NCBI RefSeq assembly: GCF_004010195.1
Contig: NC_057719.1
Coordinates: 35,774,684-35,838,683, forward strand
Direction: 5' to 3'
Length of the DNA: 64,000 bases
From: Chiloscyllium plagiosum
Taxonomy: Eukaryota
Shown here: piece by piece, positions 1 to 13,985 of the stretch
Numbering within the stretch: position 1 is the stretch's first letter
Layout: every line of letters starts with the position of its first letter
Notes under the pieces: model-generated
Told to the model about the DNA's origin: nothing
Database searches by the model: none
The model's input: only the letters and a program-made list of their open reading frames with translations
Made by a program: the position numbers and the translations under genes

Positions 1-1852
1 GACGAGGAGGAGGAGGGGGGCGGACGAGGACTTCAAATTTAAATTGCTAGATAGCAGCAGTCAACTTTTTTAATGTAAACCAACATGTTCTAAGAAATGC
101 TTGGACATATGGAAAAAGACATTTGGAACTGTACTGCATAAAAGAAGTGGGAATATTACCTACATTTTTAATTATCGATTAATTTTATCCAAAATTTTAA
201 AAGGTGGGAATTTCTCAACCAAAACAGTTTGAAGGAATGTCTGAGAACTAACAGAATGAGGGAATAAGTAATGGATATTTTTACAGTTGGATTTAATTGT
301 GTTTGAAATATTTATATATGGGGAGGTGTGGCTCTTGTGGTGTCGTGCCAGTGTCTCCACTTTGAGCCAGGAGGCCTGGGTTCAAGCCTTAGCTGCTGTA
401 GAGGTAATAGCATCACTGAACAGACTAATTGGGACTTATCTATAAGATATGGGGAGCTAGTAATCAGTGGTTTGAGGTGTTTTGTGGAGTGTGTTAATGG
501 AAATGAAGCTCTCATATAAAAGTGTGGATTGGATTTTGTTTAAATATAGTAATCTTTTTGATTATAACTTTTGCGAAGGCCTGATCTACAAGATGCACCT
601 TAGCACCCCACCACCAATTCTTCAACAGCACTTCACACTACTCTCCTCGGAGAAGGGTTGCAGGGGACTATCATTTTAGACATTAAACCTTAATTTAGAA
701 AAATTAAAAATGGTGTCTATCTAGTTGGAAAATATTTTGTTTTTGAGTCTCACAGATCTGCTACTATAACAACTTCCACTTGCTGAATATCTGCAGGATG
801 ATTGGGGAATGTTACAATCGGAAAAAACACTGCTTAACAGTCTTTGCTCCACTGAATAACTTCAAGCACATATGAAACTGAAAAATTTAGAAAAGCACAA
901 TGTCAGTTGAGACATGGGTTAAGGTGGAAACAAAGATAATAGATAATCAGTTTTAAATATTTTTTAAAAATCCACTCAGCTTGAACACAGTTGCAGTAGA
1001 ATGGTTGCAAGGCTTCAGCAACTTGCCAATACCACACTCAATTAGCCATATTTCAACCTCAACAATATATGTCAGCAACTCACTTGCCAAATCAGAGGCC
1101 ATACCTTCCAGCAAATATTAAAATTTATCTTTGTCATAAGAATGTAGAAACAAAGTAAACATTCAACCAGAAAGATTCCTTCCATTGCAACTCTGTGGTA
1201 GCATTGACTATTCACAATTGTAACAACTGATCACGAAGTTAGCTGTGAAACTTTGCAAAGTCAAAAAAACAAGACATCAATTCTAGCTCATTTCAGCATT
1301 GAAAATCTTTGAAGTTCAATGCTCCAGGCCTAGGTGTTTTGAAAATGTATTTATCACAAGCTAAAGGAGCTATCTAAACGCAAGGTTAAAAAATTGAGAA
1401 GTTTAGTATCTTAACTAGTTTAATTTACACGCTAAGAATTTGAAACAACAGCATTTTAATCGAATTGTAGCGATACCAATAATTTTATAAACACTTACCA
1501 ACTGGAACTTTATGATTTAATAATGTTATATTTGGAGAGGGTGGGGGGGGGGGGGTGGACAAGATAGGAAAACTATTTTCAGTTGCCCAGACAAGAGAGA
1601 CAATTGCTTCTAGTTAAGATCATACAAAAGCTATTTTACTTAAACCATTGTGTTACCTTCATTGTGCGCCAAGATAAGTTGGTATCCAATAAGTTAACCA
1701 CATAAAAACATCAGCAAAAGGAATTTGGAGTGGGAATGTCTCTTTTGCCAGACCAAAAAAGAGTCCAAGATTTACACCACACATATAACAGCAGTATTTG
1801 TACATTAAACATTCGAGTCAGTCAATCTAAAAGTAAATTGAAAGTTATTAAT

Positions 1853-2318
1853 TTTACAAAGATATTGCCAGGGTTGGAGGGTTTGAGCCATAGGGAGAGG
1901 CTGAATAGGCTGGGGCTGCTTTCCCTGGAGCATTGGAGGCTGAGGGGGTGACCTTGTAGAGGTTTATAAAATCATGAGGGGCTTGGATAAGGTAAATAGA
2001 CAAGATCTTTTCTCTGGGGTGGAGACAGACCAAAATTGGATAGTTTTAAGGTGAGATTGGGAAGATTCAAAAGGGACCTAAAGGGCAACTTTTTCAAGCA
2101 GAGGGTGGTGCGTGTATGGAATGAGCTGCCAGAGGATGTGGTGGAGGCTAGTACAATCATAGCATTTAAAATACATCTGGATGAGTACATGAATAAGAAG
2201 GGTTTAGAAGGATATGGGCTAAATGCTGGCAAATAGGACTAGATTAGGTTAGAATATCTGGTCAGCATGAACATGTTGGACCACAGGTTCTGTTTCCACA
2301 CTATACATCATTATGACT
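1853..2318 (+). mobile_element. CR1-type LINE 3' fragment
   Basis: FTKILPGLEGLS.RERLNRLGL.SLE..RLRGDL and NFFKQRVVRVWNELP are CR1 ORF2 C-terminal motifs, followed by the typical 3' UTR. Confidence 0.85.
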
Positions 2319-3939
2319 TGGATGTTTAAATGTAGGAAAGATTCAAAACTGAAATTACTTTGTACAAGCATCATTTGCATTGAATGTAAACCTTAAGAAT
2401 TGACAAACACATGAAAGCTGTGGCTAAAATATAGGAGATGGTGGACAACTGGTCTAGGAATCCCTTAATTAACCTTCAAAGACACCAAAATTGAGTGCAA
2501 AATTGAAGAATGACCATGCCTGTATATAATGCAGTTTAATTAGAAGAGCAACAAGCAAGGGAGAGATAGGATCTATAAAACTGTCTGTTTATTCCAATGC
2601 AGGCTGCTCTAACACCTATAAACATCTGGTGTTCTGTCTTTCTGCTCTTGGTGCTTCTCAGAGTGAGAATATAAGATTGGAGTGATTTAAAAGTGGAAAT
2701 AAGGAACTTGTGATTGGAGAACAAGAAACAGTCAGAACTTAGCTTTATTGTTCAGGCCAAATATACAATTTAATAGATGTAATTGAAATGTAAGAGACTT
2801 CAGAAGCTTGGGTGGTAACTTGTAACAATTAAACAAAACAAAAATTGCATTCACTCAAATCATTCCCTTCAAACCAGCCCTGATGATTTTCTTCAATTCA
2901 TGAAACAGTTCTGACAATTTAATTATGCTGCAACAGCAGTGCTCCACTGAATGCCAATGCTTGAGTCAATCATTGTAGAATGATGAGAAATGGTTACATG
3001 ACATATCTGCCAAATAGGGGCTAAATGTATTAAGTGAAAATTAAAAGATTGCAGCTAAGTATTTTTTGACAGCTCTCCATTGAATGCCAATGCTTGAGTC
3101 AATCACTCATAAGTGACAAAGCTACATCAGCAACACTGGGATCTCCAGAAATGTGATGAATTTAACCATGATCAATTCCAGAGAAACTCATTTGCTAAGT
3201 TATCAATTTATGTAAAATGCTTCTTTTGCCTATGATTTTTATTTTATGTTGTCAAATACTTGAAAATTTAGATGAACCTAATATTATTATTGTAAATTGG
3301 GAACAGTACCTAAAATCTAAATTTGAAAGTAAAGATAAAGTCACCATATGCCACAGGATCAGGAGGTTCCCCTTTCAGTAGAGAAAGAGGCACATGCCTA
3401 GTGGCGAGTTTAACTTGAGTCACCATGCCTCAGGTGAGGGATGAGCATTAGAAGGCAAGACCTTCATGGTGACCTGAGATGGTACAAAAATTGAACATGC
3501 GCTATTGGCACCATTCTGTAGTGCAAACCAGCCATTCAAGCAACAGAGTTAAAGTGAGCCTCAAGAGAAAAAAAAAACACAAAAGAACTCAATAACATTA
3601 CATTCAGTCCCCGGCATGAGTCCCTCAATTAGTGATGATTCTGACAGGAAAAGCCCCAAAAGAAAAAATAGTTATATTCCATTGTGAGGATGAAAGAGCT
3701 AGTTCCCTTCTTTATTCAAACATCCCTCTTGCCTTAGTTGTTTACAACAGTGTTAAACTAATGCAAGATCTCTTTCCTAGTCGATATCTTTCTCTGTGCC
3801 AGCGGACTTATGTTTTAAAATTAGCTAATTTTACTAGGCTTTCTTGGACTAAGGAAATAACAAGTTTGTTACAAAACCATGAGCATACCAAAAGGCAGAG
3901 CAGGTTTAAAGGGCCAAATGGCCGACTCAAAGAAACAGA

Positions 3940-4600
3940 AAATAGGAATGGGCCATTCAGCACCTTCAAGCGTGCATCACCTTTCATTATAATCACAACT
4001 GACCATTCAACTCAAGACCATGTTCCTGCTTTTTCCCATATCCTTTGATCCCTTTAGTGCTATATTCAACTCCTTCTTGAAATCATACATTTTAGCTTTG
4101 ATTATTTTTGTGGTAGTGAATTTTATACACTCACGACTCTGGGTGAAAAAAATTCTCATCTCACTCGGGACACTTAAGTATTCACAGACTGAGGAATGGA
4201 TTTTGTGGCTTTGTTTTTCTGGCGGTGAGGACTCATGGCAAAGGAAGGAGTAATCTGGATGTTTCCTTTTATTTTAGCTCCTTCTTTTACTTCTCCTTTC
4301 GTTTTAATCGTGCTGTTTATATACTAAGATGGTGTCAGAGAATGACGACTTTGTACTTTTTTCACTGTACTACTTTTTCAAGTACACGTGATAATAAAAT
4401 TTAAATCTAAATGGCTTACCCATATCCTTAGATTGACCATGGTTCTGGACTTCCCCTGCCATCAGGAACATCCTTCCTGCATCTCCCCTGTCAGAATTTT
4501 AAAAAGGTTTCTGAGATCCCCTTCAATCTTCTGAACCCCAGGGAATATTATCCTAATCAACTTAAATCTCTCATCATAAGTCAGTCACATCCATCCCTAT
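3940..4600 (-). mobile_element. Old CR1-like LINE 3' end, interrupted
   Basis: GGCCATTCAGC... terminus and degraded 3' ORF2 sequence similar to the copies at 15390 and 37510. Confidence 0.5.
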
Positions 4601-5199
4601 TTGTTGTGTTTGTTTGTATAATTAAAGAAAACATATTAGAAACAAAACCTGAGGAAAAAACAGAGGGAAAGATGATACACCAGACAGTTTTGCTTGTTTG
4701 TCAGATCCTGATGGTGAAATATTGCAGGTAGGTTGGGTGGTTCTAGTAGCACTGACTTTGGTGGGTAATATGGAGATTCTTGTTAACCAAAGGGTATTGT
4801 CCAATTTCTTTTGAGTGGTTTTACAGACTTATGATATTCTTCCACCAGTGATAGAGCAACCTTTCCAAGAACACAAGTCCACAGAATCAGAATACCAAAC
4901 CAGCACAGAAATCTGGGTTACAATTTTTTTTAAACCTATTGGCCTGTATATTCCTGGAAGGGGAAAACACAAACATGTCTTTCACCCACAATTGCCTTTT
5001 TTTAAACCTCATCTTGTGTCCACAATCTGTAATACAAATCCAAACAGTTGGGCTCTGCTGAGTGGTAATCAACCTCCATTATCTCTGCAACCATAGGAGA
5101 TAATTGTTTGGTTTTTGCATTTCATCGCTTCTTTTGAATGGTCTCTGTCCTAAGTTCCTTGAAACACTTCACGTGCAACATTCAATTATTTCACTCGTG

Positions 5200-6760
5200 A
5201 CCAAGTATAATCCGCTGTCCTGAGGTAACCTTCTTCGCTATCCACTACACTTCCAGTTTTCGGTGTAATTTGCAAACTTACTAAACATACCTCCTGCGTT
5301 CACAACAAAATCATTTATATAAATGACAAAAAGCAGTGTATCCAGCACCGATCCTTGTAGTACACTGCTGGTCAGAGGCTTCCAGTCTGAAAAGCAACAC
5401 TGCACCAGCATTCTCTGCCGTCTATCTTTGAGTATCCAAATGGCTAGTTCTCCCTGTATTCGCATCAGCCATGATTGAATGGCGGAGTGGACTCGATGGG
5501 CCGAATGGCCTTACTTCCACTCCTATGTCTTATGGTCTTATTCCATTTGACCTAACCATTCTAATCAGTCTACCACGAGGAACCTTGTCAAATGCCTTAC
5601 TGAAATCCATATAGATCACATCCACCACTCTGCCCTCAATCCTCTTTGTTACTTCTTCAAAAAAACTCAATCAAATTTGTGAGACATGATTTCTCATGCA
5701 CAAAGCCATGTTGTGCCCTAATCAGTTCATGCCTTTCCAAATACATGTAAATCCTGTCCCTCAGGATTCCCTCCAGCAACGTGCCCACCACCGATGTCTG
5801 GTTCAACAGTCTATAGTTCCCTGGCTTTTCCTTACCACCTTTCTTAAATACTGGCAACCTCCAGTTCCACGGCACATCACCTGTGATTATCGATGATACC
5901 AATATCTTAGCAAGGGGCCCAGCAATGACTTCCCTAGCTTCCCACAAGTTCTGGGGATTTATCCACTTTTATGCGTTTCAAGACATCCAGCACCTCCTCC
6001 CCGTAACATGGACATTTTTCAAGATGTCACCATCTATTTCCCCACATTCTATATCTTCCATGTCCTCTGCCACAGCAAAATATTTTTTTAATATCTCCCC
6101 CATTTCCTGCGATTCCACACATAGGCTGCCTTGCTGATCTTTGAGGGGCCCTATTCTCTCCTTAGTTACCCTTTTGTCTTTAATGTATTTATAAAATCCT
6201 TTTGGATTCTCCTTAACCCTATCTGTCAAAGCTATCTTATATCTACTTTTTGCCCTCCTGATTTCCCTCTTAAGTATACTCCTACAGATTTTGTCCTCTT
6301 CGAAGGATTCACTCTATCTCCTGTATATTCCCAACATACATGTTTCCTTCTTTTCCTTGACAAAAACCTAAATTTCTCGAGTCACCCAGCGTTCCCTACA
6401 CCTACTTGCCTAACAGGAACATACTGTCTCTGGACTCTCGTTATCTCATTTTTGAAGGCTTCCTATTTCCCAGCCGTCCTTTTATCTTTGAACATCTGCC
6501 CCCAGTCAACTTTTGAAAGTTCTTGCCTAATATCATCAAAATTGGCCTTTCTCCAATTCAGAACTTCAAGTTTTAGACCTGAAGTCCTTTTCCATCATTA
6601 TTTTAAAACAAATATAATTATGCTTGCTGGCCCCAAGGTGTTCCCTCACTGACACCTCAGTCACTTACCCTGCCTATTTCCCAAGAGGTGGAAAGGTTTT
6701 GCACCCTCTCTAGTAGGTACATCCGCATACTGAATCAGAAAATTGTCTTGTACATTGTTA
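5200..6760 (-). mobile_element. CR1 LINE ORF2 (RT) fragment
   Basis: KENPKGFYKYIK, PGNYR..TSVVG.LLE, QHGF...[25 protein letters not shown] short 3' tail of another CR1 is inserted at ~5465-5541. Confidence 0.9.
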
Positions 6761-6956
6761 TGACAATAGTTTCCTGAACTCAAAAATGAAATACACCTCT
6801 AAAAATCAAAATTAAACTAAGCAGATTTTTTTTTAATGCCAAAAGAGCCCCTGGACACAAAAAAGATGACGTGGCATGGAAATGCTAATTTCATTGAAGT
6901 AGCTAAATTTGGATCTACTGTAACTATTCACTGTCTTGCACCACAACTGTTAACAG

Positions 6957-8415
6957 AGATTCTGGATTAGTGGTGCTGTAAGAGCACAGCAGTTCAGGCA
7001 GCATCCAACAAGCAGCGAAATCGACGTTTTGGGCAAAAGCCCTTCATCAGGAATAAAGGCAGAGAGCCTGAAGCTTGGAGAGATAAGCTAGAGGAGGGTG
7101 GGGTGGGGAGAAAGTAGCATAGAGTGAGTGGCGGAGGGGATGAAAGTGATAGGTCAGGGAGGAGAGGGTGGAGTGGATAAGTGGAAAAAGAGATAGGCAG
7201 GTAGGACAAGTCCGGACAAGTCATGGGGACAGTGCGGAGCTGGAAGTTTGGAACTAGGGTGAGGTGGGGGAAGGGGAAATGAGGAAACTGTTGAAGTCCA
7301 CATTGATGCCCTGGGGTTGAAGTGCTCCGAGGCGGAAGATGAGGCGTTCTTCCTCCAGGCGTCTGGTGGTGAGGGAGCAGCGGTGAAGGAGGCCCAGGAC
7401 CTCCATGTCCACGGCAGAGTGGGAGGGGGGAGTTGAAATGTTGGGCCACGAGGCGGTGTGGTTGATTGGTGCGGGTGTCTCGGAGATGTACCCTAAAGCG
7501 CTCTGCTAGGAGGTGTCCAGTCTCCCCAATGTAGAGGAGACCGCATCGGGAGCAACGGACACAATAAATNNNNNNNNNNNNNNNNNNNNNNNNNNNNNNN
7601 NNNNNNNNNNNNNNNNNNNNNNNNNNNNNNNNNNNNNNNNNNNNNNNNNNNNNNNNNNNNNNNNNNNNNNNNNNNNNNNNNNNNNNNNNNNNNNNNNNNN
7701 NNNNNNNNNNNNNNNNNNNNNNNNNNNNNNNNNNNNNNNNNNNNNNNNNNNNNNNNNNNNNNNNNNNNNNNNNNNNNNNNNNNNNNNNNNNNNNNNNNNN
7801 NNNNNNNNNNNNNNNNNNNNNNNNNNNNNNNNNNNNNNNNNNNNNNNNNNNNNNNNNNNNNNNNNNNNNNNNNNNNNNNNNNNNNNNNNNNNNNNNNNNN
7901 NNNNNNNNNNNNNNNNNNNNNNNNNNNNNNNNNNNNNNNNNNNNNNNNNNNNNNNNNNNNNNNNNNNNNNNNNNNNNNNNNNNNNNNNNNNNNNNNNNNN
8001 NNNNNNNNNNNNNNNNNNNNNNNNNNNNNNNNNNNNNNNNNNNNNNNNNNNNNNNNNNNNNNNNNNNNNNNNNNNNNNNNNNNNNNNNNNNNNNNNNNNN
8101 NNNNNNNNNNNNNNNNNNNNNNNNNNNNNNNNNNNNNNNNNNNNNNNNNNNNNNNNNNNNNNNNNNNNNNNNNNNNNNNNNNNNNNNNNNNNNNNNNNNN
8201 NNNNNNNNNNNNNNNNNNNNNCTATGCTACTTTCTCCCCACCCCCACCCTCCTCTACCTTATCTCTCCACGCTTCAGGCTCACTGCCTTTATTCCTGAAG
8301 GGCTTTTGCCTGAAACGTCGATTTCGCTGCTCCTTGGATGCTGCCTGAACTGATGTTCTCTTCCAGCACCACTAATCCAGAATCTTGTTTCCAGCATCTG
8401 CAATCATTGTTTTAC
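6957..8415. mobile_element. Penelope-like element 3' ends in inverted orientation either side of an assembly gap
   Basis: Minus strand GIY-YIG C-terminus (CGLLYIGETG..AQHFNS..EEERLIFRL..LQPQGIN) at ~7270-7560. Mirrored terminal sequence at 6957-7070 and 8280-8415. Confidence 0.8.
7570..8221. other. Assembly gap (N run)
   Basis: Run of N. Confidence 1.
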
Positions 8416-9399
8416 CTTGTTCACAGTGACTGCCTTAAGCATTTTTAAGAAAGTTGTTAAGCAATCACTCAGTAGCATATTTTCAACAACATTAAAGTTC
8501 AGAGATATCTTACTCAAGCTTTCCATCATATACTTAACAGGACAAATGCTAGATAGTCCGAATTTCAGACAATCACAACAATAGGCACGACAGGACAAAA
8601 GATGCTGATGGTTGACAAGTCAAATCTGATTCTATGGGCAGTGCCTTGGCCAATGTGTTACAAGTCAACAAAAATAAACTTAGTAATAAAATAAAATCAT
8701 AACTATAATTTCCCCCAAGCTACCTCTGTGCGGTTCTTTATTAATATACTGCTAATAATTTGTGCATTCTGAACAGCAGCTCTCCTAAAGTTCACTGGAC
8801 CATCACATGTCAGGTAACAAAATTATGAGTGGGGCAGGAACAGTTCAAGTCAACAGCAACCTAGATTATTCTTGTGGAGCAACAGGCATACTAAACCTAA
8901 TAAAGCAAAATTATCTGATGCCAAGAAGTTCCTAGTCGCAAAAGGTCATCAGCAAAAGGTATGAACTTCCACTTAGGTCACTGGAGGTAAACAGTTGAAA
9001 GTTGAAAAGTTTATCCAGTTTATGATTTGGATTTTAAACAGTGGAAAGTCAATTTCAAATTCATATATTTTAAAACAATTTGTTGTAAATTTAATGTTAA
9101 AAATAAGATTTGAAACAAAAGTTCACACCATTCTAAGCACAAGCCTGCCTCCCCTACCCCACAAGCAGAGGGACAATGTAAGGCAATTTTTCCAAAATCA
9201 TGATCAAGAGATACAAGGGAAGTACAGTATAATGAGTGTCTAAAAATCCAATTTAAAATCACGTGATTACTGTGACTACAAATTTGCAGCAAAAAGTGTT
9301 TTTGTTTTAAAGAAACCACAGGCTAAAAACCAAAGTTCAGGCATCACTGAAGACTGACAAAGTATTTCTTCAACTATCTTGCCACTTCCTGCTTCTCTA

Positions 9400-10400
9400 A
9401 AAGGCCTACATTCACTTTGGTCCCTCTCTTATTTTGACAATATTTAAAGTGGCTCTTACTGTCCATCCTTACCTCAAAGCTAATCTTCTCCCTGTTTATT
9501 GTATTTTTGGTCATTTTTAAAAAAAAAGTTACCCAAATCCTAATTCCACTACTTTTTACTCCATTGCTTCCAATTTGCTGCATTGTTTCCACTATATTTT
9601 GCTTCCAATTTGATACTTTCGTTAATTTCTCTGGTTAATCACAGTTGGCTTACCTCTTTCCAAGAATCCTCCTTTTTCACTGGGATATATTTTTGTTGTA
9701 AGCCGTGAACTATTTTCTTAAATGTTTCCCATTATTCTACAACAGCCTTTGATATTATGCTGCTTTCCAGTCCATTCCAGCCAGCTCTGCCTTCATTCCT
9801 TTGAGATTACCCTTGTTTTAGTTTAGCAAAGTTGCTTCGGACTTAAGTTTCTTCTTCTCAAACTGAATGCTGAATTCTACCATGTTATGGTCACTGTTTC
9901 CAAGGGGATCTTTTACTGAGATAATTTATTAAAGCTGTCTCTTTACATTTCACCATACCTGATCCCTAGTTGGATCCACAATATAGTGTTGTGGGAAACT
10001 GTCTGAATATATATGAATTCTCCTTCATAGCTGCCTCTACCAATCTGACTAATGTACTGTTGTTTATTTAAAAAAAAACATTTCCTCTTTATCTCCCAAT
10101 TTATTCTGTCCTACCAATCTATTGTTAGGGGGCATACAGGCTATTCCGACCAGTGTCGTCTTCCCATTTTTATTTTTTACTTCCACCCATATGGATTTTA
10201 CATCATCTTATCAAAGATAATTTCTTGCCATCATGCCTATTCCATCCCATATTAACAACTACACTCCACCACTCTTTCCTTCTGGTTTATCTTTTCAAAA
10301 AGTCACATACCTCTGGATACTTAGTTCCCAACTTTGACCTCCTTGTAACCATGTCTCCATAGTGATTACAAGACCATACCCATTAAAGTACATTTGGGCC
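9400..10400 (-). mobile_element. Old degraded CR1-like ORF2 fragment
   Basis: Degenerate endonuclease-to-RT linker motifs (e.g. SDHNMVEF, YCQNKRGTKVNVGLLE). Confidence 0.5.
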
Positions 10401-11504
10401 ATTTAATTTTCAAATACTATGCTAATAGAATGTCATTGCTGATTGCAAGGAGAACTAAGTATGAAGATAAGAGGTTAGGCTTCAATTATAAAGGGCACTC
10501 ACGAGAGGAGTACTGGAGTACTTTGTACAGTTTTGGTCGCTTTATTTAATAAGGATGCAAACATGTTCAAACAGTTCAGAGAACACTCCCCATCTTATGC
10601 TTGAAGTGAGAAGGCTGTATTGTGGTTAGACAAGCTAGGTTTGTATACTGGAGGTCAGAAGTATAAGATTGAAACAAACAAATGCTGCTGCAGCATTTTT
10701 ATCCCCAAAACCACTGCAGAACATGAATTACAAATGCTCTGCAGATTGTTCAGAAAAGTCAAAGCTGATGCTCCCTGCTTTGAAAATTGCAAAATAAATT
10801 TTCTAACAGGAGAAGCATTTAAACTAAAAGTAATAGATTCTCATCTGCTCATCTCCAGCTAGAAGTAACAAAACTAGATGACTGGTGGAAGAAAAATCTG
10901 GATGTTAACAAAACCAAAGCAAAAAATGTGGTATCCATCTCTTTGAAAAGTGATGGCTACACTTCTGATTCTCCCTGGTCAGGATACTATACAACATTTT
11001 CTCCCAGACGCAGGGCAACAACACCAATTTTCGGTTAGTACCTGGATGTTTATCGTTTGTACTGGTACTGATATTGATACAAATGGCCTGGCCTTTCAAT
11101 AGACAATAGGTGCAGGAGCAGACCATTTTACCTTTCGAGCCAGCACCACCATTCATTATGATCATGGCTGATCATCCTCAATCAGTATCCTGTTCCTGCC
11201 TTATCCCTATAACCCTTGACTCCACTATCTTTAAGAGTTCTATCCAACTCTTTCTCGAAAGTATCCAGAGACTTGACCTCCACAGCCTTCTGGGGCAGAC
11301 TTCTTTCATGAGCTAAAATCTTTAAACAAGAAAAGTCTGTTAGAGTGGAGGACAGGACTGATTAAATGAAAAAGTGTTTCATGATGCAAGGCTAAAGAGA
11401 ATGCTAATCAGACGAGAATAGACATAAACTATGTCTAGAGGTGATGTGCTGACAGTTGCAACCACAACTGCTTGGTCATGCTAGACAGACTTGTCTATCA
11501 TTCT

Positions 11505-13500
11505 CAATTTTTACAAAATTCAACAGACTGCAATTGTACTTTGGCCGTAAAACCTTCGATGGTAGTCTTTCCCCACTGTAACTTGGTAACAGCTACCCCA
11601 AGCTTTAGTGCATCCTTCAGTACATAGTCTTGGACATTGGAATGTGCCAATCCGCACTTGGTTGATGTCAACTCTTTGATCTGGTAGACCAAGTTTCAGG
11701 CAGACTAAAGACTGAGCTGATGGTCCTCCAAGCACAGTTGATGTTTGACCTGGGGAACAGACCACACAGCACAGAATTGCTCAGGATGAACCATGACATG
11801 AACCACCGCATCCCTCTCCTTTGCAAAGGCATATTCCAGCAGGATGTGTGCAACAGTCTCTTTTTCCACAGCGTCTTGAGGACAGTATGTGCTGACCACT
11901 GCCTGATGGACTTGTGATCAAGGTCTTTGCAAATTTGTCTGTAAAGGATAGGTGATAGGAATGATCCAACTATTTGGAGAGTGTTCTGCAACACAGAGGC
12001 CAGTCCCATCCTTGACAACAACAGGGACAGGTAGAATCTCAGTATGTAGTGACACTTGGTGTTTGCGTACTGAGCGTCTACACAGAGCTTAATGCATCTG
12101 CACACGAAAGGTGGCCACTTAGGATGAGGACAGTGTTGGATATGTTCTTTCCCCACGTTATCCAGAGCTTTGTACATGGTGTCGCTGTGGACAAGATCCA
12201 TCCTAGATCTCCAGATGAAGTGGATGATGGTTTGGGTGACTGCAACGGCGCAGGCTCTGGCAATGTAGGAGAGAGAGAGAGTACCTCACACTGATGACCA
12301 AACTTTTACCTGTAATGAAGAGAGCACTGCTTCCAAAAGCCCAGTTTCTGCCTCACTCTGGTGATATGCTTCTCCCAAGTTTTTGCGCAGCCCCTGCCCC
12401 TCCAAACCACATTCCTAGCACCTTCAGGAAATCTGTCCTGATGGTGAAGGGGATAAAAAGATCAGTCAGAGTGATGTACAACACATAAAAGATGATTCTT
12501 TGGTCCAACACGTCCATGCCAACCAGATATCCTAACCTAATCAAGTCCCACTTGCCAACATTTGGCCCAGATTCCATTAAAACCTTCTTATTCATATACC
12601 CATCTAGATGCTATTTGAGTGTTTAACTGTCCCAGCCTCCTCTGACAGCTCGTTCCATACATGCACCACCCTCGGTGTGAAAATGTTGCCTCCTCGTTTC
12701 CTTTTAGATCTTTCGCCACTCATCTTAAATCTATGTCCTCTAGTTTTGGACTCCCGAACCCTGAAGAAAAGACCCCGTCTATTTACCCTATCCATGCGCC
12801 TCATGGTTTTATAAACCTTTATAACAGTCTACCATGAAGAACCCTGTCGAACATCTCATTGAAATCCAGGTAGATCACATCCACTGCTGTGCCCTCATCA
12901 ATCCTCCTCGGTCTTCAAAAAACTCAAATTAAGTTAGTGAAGCACGATTTTCCACTCACCAGCCCAGTACCCAAAGAAGATGGCTTCATTCTTGCCTTGC
13001 TTTACTGTGGCTCGAGGGCAGTTCAAACAGGTTGCAGACGCTCACAAATCTGCACGCTGACATCAGATCTGAGCAGAAAATAACACCACCTATGTACAAG
13101 GAGGCTTTGACCTGTAGGCCTCTGCTGCTTGGAAGAGTCACCCATCTCAGGCTGACATCCTTCCTGATAAGACTTGGCAAAAGGCTCTATGCATCACAAA
13201 CAAGACAGCAGAGAGGGAGCACCCCTGCCTGACTCCAGATCTGATCAGGAAGCTTTCTGACTCTGACCCACTGATTGAGACTACACTACAGATGTTGGTG
13301 TAGAGCAGTCAGATCGAATTGCAAAATCCCTTCACAGAACCCATCTTTGAGAGGACATTCCACTTTCTTTATATTTATTTAGTTTTTGGGAGTTTTATTC
13401 TTTTCTAAGGACTCAAGGGCTTTGGTCAGCTCATTCTCAACTTCTGTTGAGGATGTGCTATCAAATCCATTGCTAGATTCATTATGCCAGAAGTGGAGGC
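11505..13500 (-). mobile_element. Tx1/L1-clade LINE ORF2 fragment, with nested CR1 3' pieces at ~12465-12955
   Basis: IRSGVRQGC, QVKASLY(IGG, degenerate YxDD), ETVAHILLE, GLFP..NINCAWRTISSV. Confidence 0.7.
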
Positions 13501-13689
13501 AGACAGCTATTCAAACATCATCTCTCATTCCAAGTGACTATATTTAAAAAAACATTTAATGCTAGCACATCACCATATGCATCATAAGATTTTCAAATTC
13601 AGCCTCAGAATATTAGCAAAAATTAAGTAATCTTCAACCAGAGAAATATTAAGATCCAAATCACCTCATTGTTGGCACTATTACAACTG

Positions 13690-13985
13690 TCAGAATTGCT
13701 GCCTCACAGATGAACTATTAAACCAGGAACATGTAAAAGATTCCATGGCAATACTTCAAGAGGAGGGGAATTATACCTGGTGTCCAGCCAATTTTCATCC
13801 CTAAAACAAATTTATAAAACAGATTATTTGGTGATTACCATGTTACTGTTTCTGGAAGCTAACTGCAATCAAATTGGCTGCTACGTTTCTACATGACAAG
13901 TTAGTACATGTCTAAAGTACATAATATTTTGTAAAGAACTTTGAGAAATTCTGTGATAATGAAATATGCCACATAAATTAAAAAG
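13690..13985 (+). mobile_element. Deu-domain SINE (SacSINE1/AmnSINE-like), degraded
   Basis: GATGAACTATTAAACC..AAAAGATTCCATGGCA..GGTGTCCAGCCAAT..AAACAGATTATTTGGT..AAATTGGCTGC..GTAAAGAACTTTG resembles the remembered DeuSINE core and tail. A reverse tail piece is also present at ~43630-43715. Confidence 0.65.

Noticed and set aside
2610..2665. Minus-strand EAPRAER resembling PPP2R5C exon 2 (ExPKAGK)
   Set aside because: No AG at the required position and an in-frame stop 13 codons later.
2941..3105. ~31-bp direct repeat (CTCCAYTGAATGCCAATGCTTGAGTCAATCA) 133 bp apart, superficially CRISPR-like
   Set aside because: Only two copies, spacer too long, eukaryotic context. Local duplication.
7513..8298. 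Long ORFs here and at 19646-20225
   Set aside because: Artefacts of translating through N gaps.
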